Assembly (NCBI GenBank): GCA_010093605.1
Contig: MU004192.1
Span: 1,693,464 to 1,757,463, forward strand
Length of the DNA: 64,000 nt
Direction of reading: 5' to 3'
Source of the DNA: Lophium mytilinum
Lineage: Eukaryota
Below the pieces are notes generated by a model that was given only the letters and a program-made list of their open reading frames with translations, ran no database searches and was not told the origin of the DNA. Of the stretch, positions 27,986-40,120 are shown piece by piece. The stretch's first letter is position 1; every line of letters starts with the position of its first letter. Made by a program: the position numbers and the translations under genes.

Positions 27986-29140
27986 ATGGCTTTCCCAGCT
28001 CTCACTACTACTCAAATCAGCTTGGACACCCCAAATCTCGAGGACCCAGCAAAGAAGATGCCTAGTTGGTCCAACACTCCGAGCGGCACTATGGCCGCGA
28101 GCGTGCTCAGCGCGTTCTCTCTTCCTAAGCCTTCGGACTGCTTTACCTACGTCACGGACTACCCCAGGCCATCCCTGCCAAATAAGGACTGGGTTCTGGT
28201 TCGCGTCCATGCCGCAGGACTGAATCGCGCCGAGCTGCGCGCAAGAAACCAAGAGCACGTCTCCAAGCTCGAGTTCGGCATGTTCATCGACGAATTCCAC
28301 GAGAATCATCCCAAGATCATAGGCGAGGAGTTCGTCGGAGAAGTCACAGAAGCCGGCACTGACAGCGGGTATAAAGTTGGCGACGTCGTTTGTGGATGGG
28401 CCTACGGCGGTGGTAAGCCCTACGACGGTGCTTATGCAGAGTACACCATCTGCCACAAGAAGCGATGCTGGCCGCTTCCAGACTCCGCCAGAAAGATTTC
28501 TTGGGAGGTTCTTGGAGCAGTGCCTATGGGTCTATGGACCGCATACGGCTCGATATTCCACGCCGGCCAGACGAAACCAGGCGACACTGTGTTCATTCAC
28601 GGGGCTACTAGCAGCGTGGGCATATGGGGAATCTTGGTTTCCAAATCTGCGGGCTGCACTGTCGTTGCAAGCACGAGACAAGAAAGCAAGGTTCAAAAGT
28701 TGAAGGATGCAGGAGCCGACCACGTTGTGCTCGAGAAAGACCTGCTAGCAGACCCAGGGCTGGTCAAGAAGCTAGTCCCCGGGGGTGCGAATACCATTCT
28801 GTCCATCGTTGGACTTCATATGCTGAAGCCAATCGCTTTCCCCGCTTGTGCTATGTATGGCACGGTTGTTTCAATGGGTATTTTGGGCAAGGTGTGGTCG
28901 ATTCCGGAGTTCAATGCGTCATTCATTCCTACAACTCGCAAGTTGACTACATATACCACCTTGGACGAAGACTATGAACCTGCAAAAAAGGTCCTGGCGG
29001 ACACTGTGGAGAAGATTCTGAGTGGTGAGTATAAGAGCGAGTGGTTCTTGGACAGTGTGTATGATTTGAAGGACGTTGGGAAGGCGCATGAGCGAATGGA
29101 AGCAAATGAAGCTTGTGGCAAGATAGTCTTGCGTTGTTAG
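27986..29140 (+). CDS. Medium-chain dehydrogenase/reductase, Zn-independent quinone/enoyl reductase type (intronless)
   Basis: VLVRVHAAGLN, IIGEEFVGEV, GAYAEY, FIHGATSSVG, C-terminal GKIV. Confidence 0.9.
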   Translation: MAFPALTTTQISLDTPNLEDPAKKMPSWSNTPSGTMAASVLSAFSLPKPSDCFTYVTDYPRPSLPNKDWVLVRVHAAGLNRAELRARNQEHVSKLEFGMFIDEFHENHPKIIGEEFVGEVTEAGTDSGYKVGDVVCGWAYGGGKPYDGAYAEYTICHKKRCWPLPDSARKISWEVLGAVPMGLWTAYGSIFHAGQTKPGDTVFIHGATSSVGIWGILVSKSAGCTVVASTRQESKVQKLKDAGADHVVLEKDLLADPGLVKKLVPGGANTILSIVGLHMLKPIAFPACAMYGTVVSMGILGKVWSIPEFNASFIPTTRKLTTYTTLDEDYEPAKKVLADTVEKILSGEYKSEWFLDSVYDLKDVGKAHERMEANEACGKIVLRC

Positions 29141-29383
29141 TTGGATTATATAGTAGAAATTTTAGTCTATACCTCACTCGATTCACTTAAATAATTGCGA
29201 CCCATGTCCTTTACACATCAAGCCAGGAAGTATAGTTTGGTAGTCTGTTCGTTTTTGAAACATGAAACTTCTTGCTCTGGCATCACCTTCAAGAACACAC
29301 AGACATTTCAGATAGCAAACGTCATTCCATTCTTCGGAGGCTTTTGGGATGAGATTATATCTACATCGTAGCTATGTGATAAC

Positions 29384-30250
29384 CTAGTGAAGCGCCATGA
29401 CGTGACTGTAATCGGCTGTCGGATCCAATCCGTTCTTTGCATATTCTACCAGTATTTTGTCGAAATTTGGGAAAGTAGCCACCATAAACTTTTCTTGTCG
29501 AACGCCCTCCACGAAATCTGTCGCCGCTGCTGCTGGTGTGACTCCGTTGTCCTTGAAGTACTCTTGGATGGCATCGGTGAATGCTTTCGGTGCGTTTCCT
29601 CCTGTGAAGGCGGCGCCTGTCTTTGTAGCATCTGGATATATGACTGAAACCCCGATATTGTACTTTTGAAGACCTGCCTTCAAGGCCTGGCTCATGGAGA
29701 TGTCACCCGCTTTGCAAACGTTGTAGGGCAGTCCGTACTCGGCATAACTTGCCGGTGGTGTGATTCCGTTCGGAGATGCTGTGTTGACAATCCATCCACT
29801 CTTCCGTTCGATCATTTTGGGAAGGAAAGCCTTCACGATGCGAAGATACCCCAAAACGCTGACATCTAGCGCCTTGCGGATGCCTTCGACGTCAATATCC
29901 TCGATACAGCCATTTGGGGCCCAGAAGGCGTTGTTGTACAGAATATCCGGGACACCAATTTCTTTGATAATCTTTTCACCCAGGTCCGCAACGCCTTGGT
30001 CGCTGGCTAGATCCACTGTGAACGAATATGCTTGAAACTGAGTGAGCCATGGAAACAAGTTCGACTTGATTTATTGCGTACCCGTATGGCCTTCTTTCTT
30101 CAAAGCATCAGCTGTCTCGTGTACCTTCTCTAAGACATCTAGCAAAACAATTCGCGCGCCGAATTTAGCAAACTCATAGGCAACAGCCTCTCCAATTCCA
30201 CGTGCAGCTCCAGTCACCACGATCAGATTGTCCTTGAAGTCTAAGACCAT
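29384..30250 (-). CDS. Short-chain dehydrogenase/reductase
   Basis: VVTGAARGIG, LYNNA, VNTAS, catalytic YNVCK; one intron at about 30081-30033. Confidence 0.9.
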
Positions 30251-31139
30251 GATGGCGCTAAGCACTGCGTGAAGGTCTGGATATGTTTACCTGAACTGTC
30301 GATAAGATAGCGCCTTGTGGAGATGATGAATGAATGTCTGAGACCGGCGTATAAAATATTGAGCGAATAAAAGCGAAAAGGATCGTTGCCCGATGTCACT
30401 TTGCAGATGCAATCTTCCCCCGGAGTATTTGGGGCGTTCAGTCGAGACTGGGGTCCGCAATACAGCTCCGCTTCGGGGTAATTAAGTACTTTGCATGCAG
30501 CCTTGTGAATTTTATACTCAGTTTTATTGATTTATGCAGAGAAGGAGTATCCGAGCCGATAGCTGCTATGCTAAATGCGATGCATGTGCCCCGGGCACCA
30601 CGTCTAGGCCTCCCGCAGCCGGTAGCGGCAGATCAAGGCAAAACCAGCCCGGTCCTGGAAATTCTCGGTGAAAGGTAAACCTGTCGCGCGGCAATGCTGG
30701 CCTCGGAGCTGAGCGCATACCGACAGTACGGCTGGATCCAAGACTTGAACCTGTCCGGCCCGCGGTTACGGTATTATCCGGCTGCATTCGTATCTCATGC
30801 CAGCGAGGCGTCTGTTGGGAAGGTACCTTGTCATACCAATTAGTCGAGTCAGCATGGATCTGATTGGGTGGCTTTCGTCTGTGTCCGCAAGGTTCCGCGT
30901 CTCGACCATCATTGCTATTTGCAATCAATTCCATGGGGCACTCGTGGCGTTTTGCGGGGAACTTGGGGAAAGCGCTTGGCTTGTCTGGGGAAGATACCGA
31001 AACGTCAACAAATCAATCCTTCCATCCATTTGTGCGCTTGCGGTATATAGCATAGACGCTAGTACTGCTGACTCCTGTGTCGAATCGACTATTATCTTAC
31101 CTCTCCCCCGTGGTTTCGATATAACGATCAAACACAATT

Positions 31140-33380
31140 ATGTCGATTTCGCCAACAGAAAAACAGACTCACAATATGACGGATGCTCATATCGAGAAAG
31201 TGGAGCATCCCACTCCTGACGAGAGTGTGAGCCATGAGGATGAAACACCTTACAAGTTCACACTGGGCATGGGCTTTGCAATTGGGGTACGTAGCCGGAA
31301 GACTCACAGAGACTCATCGATACTGACTATTTCAGTCGCTTATGCTTGGTTACATGGCGGCTGTATTTGCGATTCAAATGTCGGCTTCTGTTCTAACGCA
31401 AATCAACAACGATATTGGTAAGTTTGCGGCAAATTGAGACGTTTATTCCGAATCCTCTTCTCTGAGCTTCGTTCATGGCGTCGTAATCTGACTGTGACGA
31501 TAGGACCAAGTACCTCGTTTGCGTGGCTGTCTACCAGTCAGGTTCTTCCAGTCGCGGTTCTAGGGCCTATGGCTGGACGACTGAGTGATATCTTCGGTCG
31601 ACGAAATTTCATTCTTTTCGGAAACCTGTGTGGTCTCATCGGGTGCGCAATCTGTGCCACGGCACACAGCATTCCCGTAGCAATCGGTGGCGGCGTTTTT
31701 ATTGGCGTTGCATCTACATTGCAGCAACTTGCGTGGACCGCCGTCGGTGAGATTGTCCCCAGGAAGGATCGAGGTCTTGCACTTGGTCTTTTCGAGATGT
31801 GCGCAGGTAAGTGAAATCGATGAACCACCTTAAAATGATCGGAATCTAACGTGTTTCTGAAGTACCACCGGGAGCATTTGGTGCTATCATGGGTAAGTGA
31901 CGAACATCTCTGAGGGTCTGTTTCTGAAAACTTACATTTTGCCCACAGGCTGCGCCATCGGAAAGTATAGTTCCTGGAGATGGGTTTACTGGGTCCCGTT
32001 CATCCTCAACACGTGTGGCCTCTTCGCCGTGTTCCTATTCTACCGACCGAAGAATCAGTGTGTAGAAGCTCTCCCGTGCCGTAGACTTCGCTAATCGTCC
32101 TAAGATACATCATTGAAGAAGGCAAGACCAGACGTCAAGAAATCTGGGATCTGGACTGGGTTGGCTTTTTCCTTTACGGAAATGGCTTGCTATTCCTGCT
32201 CCTTGGAATCTCATTTGGAGACAACGTTTTCCCATGGTGAGCTCGACTCGTCTGCTGCACGTGATAGCGTCCGAAATGGCTAACAATTGCACAGGAAGTC
32301 TGCTGGTACAATCACCATGATCGTCCTCGGAGTGGTTCTTCTCATCGCCTTTGGCCTATACGAGAAATTCTGGGATCAGATTTTCCCGCTTTTCCCGCCT
32401 GTGGTCGTGCACAAGATCCGCGGCGTCATTTTCGTCAATGTCGGCATCTTCCTCTTTGGTATGATGTACTACTCTGTGGCAGTTCTTTGGCCGCAATTGA
32501 TCCAGGGCCTGTACACCACCGATCTTCTGAAAGTGGGTTGGTATGCGTCTGCACTTGGCATGACTGGTATCGTCTCATCGTTCATCACTGGTTTCGTGAT
32601 GACTCGTTATGGACACGCTCGACTCATCTTCGCCACAATCATCGTTATCGGAACTATCGCTGCTGGATGCATGGCGATCAGTAAGTGCTACAAGAATACT
32701 CTCCAGTGATTCAGTACTAATCATTCTCCCAGAGCCCCAATCCTCGACAGCATGTGTGATTCTGGTTGCGCTTCAAGGGTTGACTGTCGGCGGCGGTATG
32801 ATTGTGTCCACTGCAATGATTCAACTAGCTGTAGAGCACGAGTACATCGGCCTTGCTACCCAGATGGCCGTCACTGCCAGGAATGCCGGAGGCGCCGTCG
32901 GCACCGTTGTCTACACTGCGATCTACACGGGCCAGATTAGGAAAAACATCAAGACAAGAGTGGCTCTTCCATTAGCCATGGCTGGAGTTGCTCCCACAAG
33001 CCTTCCTGCCGTGGTTGGAGCCCTTATGGGACAAGCTCCACCATCTGCTCTCGCGGTACTTTCCCCCGAGCAACTTGGCCTTGCTCTGGCAGGCCTAAGG
33101 CAAGCATTCATCCATTCTTTCCGTGTGGTGTTCCTAAGCTCTATCGCTTTCGGAGTTGTTGGAACTATTGCGGCGTGTTTGACGAAGGATGTTGACCAGT
33201 AAGATCCCCATCAACAAAGTTTCTCGAAGATATACTGACCATTACTACAGCCTCATGACCAACAAGGTGGAAATGACTCTTGACGAGGGCGCGAAATTCA
33301 CCTCCAACAAGACCGACACTGGTGAAGGACATATCATTGGAATTGAAGAACAGAAGCTGCACACCAGGCACAGGGTTTAG
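31140..33380 (+). CDS. MFS transporter, TRI12/siderophore-iron-transporter-like family
   Basis: GRLSDIFGRR, GEIVPRKDRG, SWRWVYW, LDWVG, RNAGGAVG, SFRVVFLSSIAFG; many short introns. Confidence 0.9.
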
Positions 33381-34339
33381 ATCACCGTTGCAAAGGGGTG
33401 GTCTGATGCGAAATGTTGGCCACTTGGCCTCTTTTCTGTCGCCTTTCCTGTTCAAATCGTCTGCTGTTTGGCCCTATGCTTTCAGTAGTCTTAACGATTA
33501 CATGGTCAGCGGCGAGTGCGTTCAACGTACCGATATACCAAATAGTGTCGCTCGATCGCATATAGTAATCTCATAGTAATGCTTTGCCGCTTACTATTCA
33601 ATTGAGCCACCGCATTGCTGGAATTGGATCCACTTGGCCTTCTGACGCCACTCAACTTTTTGGGGTCACATGTGATCACAGCCTCAAGTGGCTACAGCTT
33701 CATTGAGTGTTACCTTTTCTGGAAAGTGAGATGAGTGTCGTAAAAGGGTAGTACAGTGATCATGATGTACATGTATGTACACACTTCAATTCAACGACGT
33801 TGCTCTGAGCATGAAACCCGCATCTTCAAATTAGAATTCTAAGTAGACACACCTCTCCATCTTTATATATAGCCATATGCCAAGGATAGGTTCATTGAGA
33901 GTATTTAATCTGGTCTTCATTTCCATATTTCGACACAAGTCGAACGATAATCATTCGGTGGTGTAGAGAACGGATATGCGGATGCTATCATGCTTGTGCC
34001 CGAAGTTATGTAGCATAGCGGCACCACAGCAATTGCCCATCCGGCGGGCTTGTGACTGGCCGACAACGTCGCCCCAAAGAACACCGAACTGTGCATCCGC
34101 CGGGAGTGCCGGTGACCAATGCCCGGCTGCTGATTTGCGGTTATGCAGCACTCGGATATGTTGAAATGTAGCGCAAGCCGTTGAAGGCTGTAGTTCCTTC
34201 TTTCGCTCCTCTTTTGTCAAATTCTCAGGCGACATTTTGCGCGTTTTACTCTGAATTAATTCTTTGCGCAATACCATTCCGCTAAAGCGATCCGCAAGTC
34301 ACGCTCTCAAGACTCAATTCCCGGAACTTTCCAAGCAAA

Positions 34340-34936
34340 ATGCCTAAGGATTACACGTATGCAGAGGTGTCAGATCACAACAGCCCTGGAGATGCGCTTC
34401 TAGTGATAGAAGGCAAGGTCTATGACATCTCAACCTTCGCCGAGGACCACCCGTATGGACATACCTCTCATACTCAATATCTCACACCAAAGACCCTTTG
34501 ATTCATTGTTCTCGTTCATGAAGCTTTCCTTTGGGATGTAGCTCTTTCTTTCAGTGCCCCGCATGCGCTTTTGGACTCACTAATAACGCGGTCTCCAGGG
34601 GCGGCGAACCTATCATCTTGGACCAAGCGGGATCGGATGCAACAGAGGCTTTCAGAGATGTAGGACACAGCGATGACGCAAGAGCGATTCTGCGTACTTT
34701 GTTAGTTGGAATTTTGAGGCGCACTGTAAGGATCACTACATTGCGAAATCCCAAATCAAGTCGGCTTGCTAATTCAATTTGGCGCTCAGGCCGGAGACTC
34801 AGCAGGAGGCGCTGCGACCGTTCAGAAGACAAAGCCAGCCAGCACCAAATCCAGCTCTCTTCTTGGAGGGCCCGCGATCGGTCTCATAGTGCTTGCGGTA
34901 ATCGGCATTCTATTAGCGCGAAAGTATCTGGCATAG
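34340..34936 (+). CDS. Cytochrome b5 with C-terminal membrane anchor (3 exons)
   Basis: [49 protein letters not shown] (both heme His ligands), tail [20 protein letters not shown]. Confidence 0.92.
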
Positions 34937-35603
34937 GGCGATGGTTCTGGTTATTGTTTTAGAGTACATTGAATTGAATGCAATCGGAATTCTGGGCCAC
35001 TCTTCAAGCTTATATCCAGCCTTTGTGACTTTTCCAGAGTGCGTGAAGCCAGTGTCGGAATCCCAAGATAGAGAAACTAACCAAGTATGGAAGCTTTTCG
35101 AGCTCTGACTTTGCCCTATCGATAGTAATTGAAACTTTCGAAAGTGTGGGGGCGTCGTGATGAGATCCGGGGGATTTTGGACCCCACGCGATAGCTAGGT
35201 CTACTTGGACCCTCTCACGCCCGGAGCGGCTCAAGCCTTGCAAAATGCTATGCATATCTTATCACAAGGTTGTTCCATGCGGGCGTTTGTCCAGTCCAGA
35301 TGCCTCGCTAACTCTTTTCCTCATCCGGTACTTTTCGGCACGTCACGGGAGTATCGGCTTGACCAGACGGCACGGAAGGAAACGATGCTTAGCTCCCCGC
35401 AACGGAGTCTCCATTCCCGAGCCCCAGACACCCCAGATTTTGGGCGCCGCTTAAGCTAGGTACACATGCTGGCGTGACAAGCTCGCCATCCCAGGACGCG
35501 TTCCGTAGCCGGGGGCGTATATGTAATCTCGAATTTCAATGCAGATCCAACCACAACTCTCAACTCATTCCTTTACACATTTTTGACAGTCTTGCAGCTC
35601 AGT

Positions 35604-37565
35604 ATGGTCGTCACACTCACAAAACCGGACGAACATCGCTTCGCGATCATTGTTGGCGCCGGAATTGCTGGCGTCGTGCAGGGCTGCGAGTTTGTTAGGA
35701 AAAAGACCATTCCTTTGGAGGAGTTTGCGATCATTGACAAGAATGCCGGCTATGGGGGTGTTTGGTTGACGAACACGTATCCGGGATGCGCGTGCGATAG
35801 TGAGCTCGACTTGGAGACGCGATTTGGTGGAACTGAATTAACAGCTTCACAGTTCCGAGTCATGTCTATAGCATAAGCTGGGCAATGAACCCAGGTGAGA
35901 TAGCGCTTTCTGCTCCCACACGTGAGATGAGCTCCTTCATCTAACATCTCTACAGACTGGGGTAGGAGATATGCTCCTCAGACGGAAATTCAGAGGTATT
36001 ACGAGGAGATCGCGGAGAAGCACCGACTTCCCGAAGTCACGACGTTCAACACGAAAGTTGATGGCGCAGAGTGGAATGATGGCTTGTTGCTGTGGGTTCT
36101 CCAAACGACAAACCTCAAAACCGGGGAAAAGAAGACTTGGACCTGCAACGTGGTATGCGCAACTTCTGTGGTGTTGAATGATAAAATTCGCTAACAAACT
36201 TTGTCATAGCTCATGAGCCCTACCGGTCAATTCAGCGTCCCGAAAAAGGCTCCCATAGACGGCCTCGACAGATTCACTGGCGAAGAATGGCACACTGGTT
36301 CTTGGCCAAAGGGCGCTTCGGTCAAGGGCAAGCGAGTTGGTATCCTCGGCACTGGTCCCTCAGCTGCACAACTTCTCCCCAAGATCTACAAAGACTGCAA
36401 ATCACTCGTTGTATACCAGCGAAGCCCTTCGTTCGTACTGCCTCGGGATGATTATGAGGTATCGCCTCTTCAAAAATGGATCTTCCGATACGTTCCGCTC
36501 GTGATGCGACTTCACAAGTGGTATGTGTATCAAATGGTACGTAAAGATCTTGAAATTTACTGGACGGCTGCTCACACGATGCGCAGAGCGCCTTTCTGAA
36601 CAGGCACGTGTTCGTCGTCGGCTCATGGTTCCAAAAGAAAGCCATTCAGATGGCTTGGGGGCATCTCAACAAGCAGGTCAAAAACGAGGCCGTTCGGGAG
36701 AAACTTCGTTCCCACGACAACTTCGGGTGCAAGAGGCGTAAGAATCTTTTTCTATCCCTATATCTCGCGGACGTATAGCTGACATCAACCAGCGTTGTTG
36801 TTGGATGACTACTACCCAATATTCAACTCCCCACACGTGGAGTTGGTGACAGACCCAGTCGTCGCTTTGACAGAGAACGGCATAGTGTCCAAGAGCCCCA
36901 AGAGTAACGCAAAGAAGGAACACGAAGTTGACGTTCTGATCTGGGGAACTGGCTATCGGCCTGCCGAGTTTGGGATAGCTTATCCTTGCAAAGGACGAAG
37001 CGGAATCCTTTTGTCAGACAAATACAGGCCGGAGAACTTCTCTCTCTACGGTAAGTCTGATTCAGTATTTCGATGCTTCCCCAATCTAACGCGATGTACT
37101 TCTAGGTGTTGCAATCGACGACTTCCCGAACTTCTTCACTTACCTCGGACCGAACAGCTTGGCCTTCGAAGCCAGCGTTATCGACGAATTGGAAAAGCAA
37201 TCAACGCATAACGCGTTAATAGCAAAGTATGTCTACGAGAAGAACAAGGGCAGTTTCAGATTTGCGGTGGAACCCCGCGAGGACGTTGTCAAATCCTGGA
37301 CGTTGTCGCTGCGAGACGGGCAGGCAAAGCACCCGGCTAACGTTGCTACCTGCCAGAGCTACTACAAGGTGAGTGATGTCGTCTTCCCTTAGGCTTAGGT
37401 ACAACAATACTAATTCACCAAAAGTCACTAGAAGGAAACATCTACTTCTGGCCATTCGAAATAGGAAAGTACTACAAGATCATCGCAAACCCCAACCTCA
37501 AGCGTGATTGGCGGTTACTATCTACACGGCCGGGTCAAGGGGTGAAGATCTCTGAGGTCGATTGA
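35604..37565 (+). CDS. Baeyer-Villiger / flavin-containing monooxygenase (multi-exon)
   Basis: IIVGAGIAG, GGVWLTNTYPGCACD, fingerprint FTGEEWHTGSWP, GILGTGPSAAQ, FGCKR, IWGTGY, FPNFFTYLGPN. Confidence 0.92.
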
Positions 37566-38140
37566 GAGCAATATGGTGTAGTCGTAGTCTTGTACAGAGG
37601 GTGGAGAGGCGATGGTAGCTTGATATCTCATTTCCTTTTGGACACTGGTTCACTTAGTGTAAAATCAGGCACGTGTTAGCACTTTAGGCTTTGTTAGATG
37701 CATCACAAGTGATTTTCAATCGCCTTCTTTTCTCCGGTCCGACTCCCGTGCAACCAAAGAAGCTGCCATTGGAGTCTGTCGATTTACAGCAATCCTACGC
37801 AAACCTATGAGAGAATGCATCATCCATTCACATGTTTGAGTTTTGATGTCTCCGCATGTGTGTAAGGAGATAGTCGTTCTCCAAATTATACCATCACACC
37901 ATTCTTTTACAAGCGGGCAATTCAGTCGGGGAATCGTGATGGGCAGCAAATTGAGTTCTTTGTTGTGGTACACCTCCTAACTTCAAAGACACTAAAAGCG
38001 AACAGTATCTAAGCTAATTGATTTCAAACGACTTCGAGGTCCGCTTCTATGAACAGCACCCCTACCGACAGGCAGCAAGCAAATGACCCCCATCGACTCG
38101 ACTCATGGTTCCGTATGCATTCTTTTCAAATTCGTAAAGC

Positions 38141-40120
38141 TCATCGCCACGTGTGGTCCAGATCAAGAGATACCTCAGGAGTCCTCGACTTATACAACAT
38201 GATCGCCTCCGGATTCGTCACATTCTCAAGGCCGTGTGCTCTGATTGGGGGTTGGCCTTGGTCTTCTGGAAATTTGAAGTCGTATTGCATTATGGCGAAT
38301 GCCAGAAGGATCTTGATCTCGTTGGATGCAAAGAAGCGTCCTGGGCAGGCATGCTTTCCATGTCCAAATGGCAGGTAATCGTCTCCAGTGGTCACGAATT
38401 GGTGCTTGCTCTCCTCGCCGGCTCGTTGCCGCATGTCATAGAACCGACGACCGTTGAATACTTGCGGGTTCTCGTAGAATTCTTCGTCGTAAAGTCGGGT
38501 GTTGGGGACAGTCAGCGCGGAGCCTTTGGGAATTATGGTACCGTCGGAGAGGGTGATGGTCTCATTCGCGATTCGATTCATCGTCACTGGAAAACAATTA
38601 GTAGTTGTAGTAACTGAGTTAAGAAATTCTCATACTGAATGATGCCGGATGCATGCGGTTACTCTCTTTCATAAAGCTGTCCATCATCTTGAGGCCATTG
38701 AGAGTCGTCTTATCCCAAGATTTCGCGGAGCCGAGCACCTCGATAAGCTCTTCTCTCAAAAGCTCTATTGAACCAGGGCTTCCAACGATGTTGTACATGC
38801 AGTTAGTGAATGTGATTGACGTGGTATGGACTGCTCCAAGGGAGTAATTGAGTTGCCTGTGGTTCCTCGATGTTAGCACAGTGTCCATTTTTTGATATAA
38901 CCATGAATGGTAATGAGAAGCCATACCCGTGAACGGCATTGCAAATATCCCCAGTCTTCTCGGTGACAGCGTCCATCCATGCGAATGCATCTGTGTACTT
39001 CTTAGGCTTCCGTCCGGCTTTGATATCCGCCTCACGCTCCTTCCGACGCGCAATAACAGTAGGCTCTATGATGCGACGAGCAGTTTCCACGTCTTCGCGT
39101 AGTTGCTTAGTTTGTGGCAAGAACCAATGGGCGATAGGTCGTAGAAGCGGAGGAATCGCTCTCATGACGTATCCTCCGTGTCCGAAATGCAGGGTGTACT
39201 CGACCGAAATGCGGAGCCATTCTTCGTTCTTAGCAAGCTCTGGTGGCATGAAGGTTTGAGCGGAAAGTCTTGCAATAAACCTAAGCGCTATAGCATTGAA
39301 CTTAACCGGGGTCCAGTCTGCGAAACTGTCAGCGTTCTCGTTCCTTTGTGAAACAGTTGACGGGAAATTTACCTTTCGCCGGGGGGAAAGCCTCGTCATA
39401 ACAATATTTAGCTTCCTCAGCTAGCGAGTGTACTACCGTTGCTGCGAAAAAAGTCAGACATAAGAAGTGCAATGCAGTGTCAAAGATTCGACGTACCAAG
39501 AGACTGTGTCAGGCCCATTCTCACGGAGTCAATGAAGACATTGTTGTCGACAGCCGGCCTACACCATCGTTAGGGCGAGGCGTACAAAAGCAGGTACATG
39601 CACTTACTTAAAACCTTCAAATCCAGGATAAGTTGTGAAGAAGTCCTATCGAGTCTGAGTAAGGCAGCTACATTTTTCAATTGAGGCATAATTACCCTCT
39701 TTAGCCAGCTCTTGAAAGTCATGCGCTCGTCCGTCCGGACCTCCGACGTCATATGCGGTGGGATGATGATGAGCGGCCCGTTCATACCAAATACCTGGAA
39801 AGGGTGCTTCCTCTGTAGTGGCACACCGTCAGTAGCCATTTTGAAAAGCTTTAGATCTGCTTGCTGGCTCATCTTACCGTACGGACGGCACTGTTCACGA
39901 TTTCTTTCGCGGATGACATCCATCGTTTCTTCGCTTCAGTGTAGTCCTTCTCGCCTTCCTGCTTGCCGATGAGGGGTATTCCAGTGATCGGTGTATTGTT
40001 CGAGTTTCCGAAAAAGTAGACAAATGTCCCCAGTAGTACGGCGGTAGTAATGACGAGAACTCCGACGCCCCCCAGAAGACCAAAGGGGCCCAGCGAAAGG
40101 CTGTTGCTAGAGGAGGCCAT
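38141..40120 (-). CDS. Cytochrome P450, ent-kaurene-oxidase/CYP68-like group
   Basis: N-terminal TM anchor, I-helix LGAVHTT, ExxR in MKESNR, FNGRRF, heme motif FGHGKHACPGRFFA. Family assignment is by resemblance only. Confidence 0.93.
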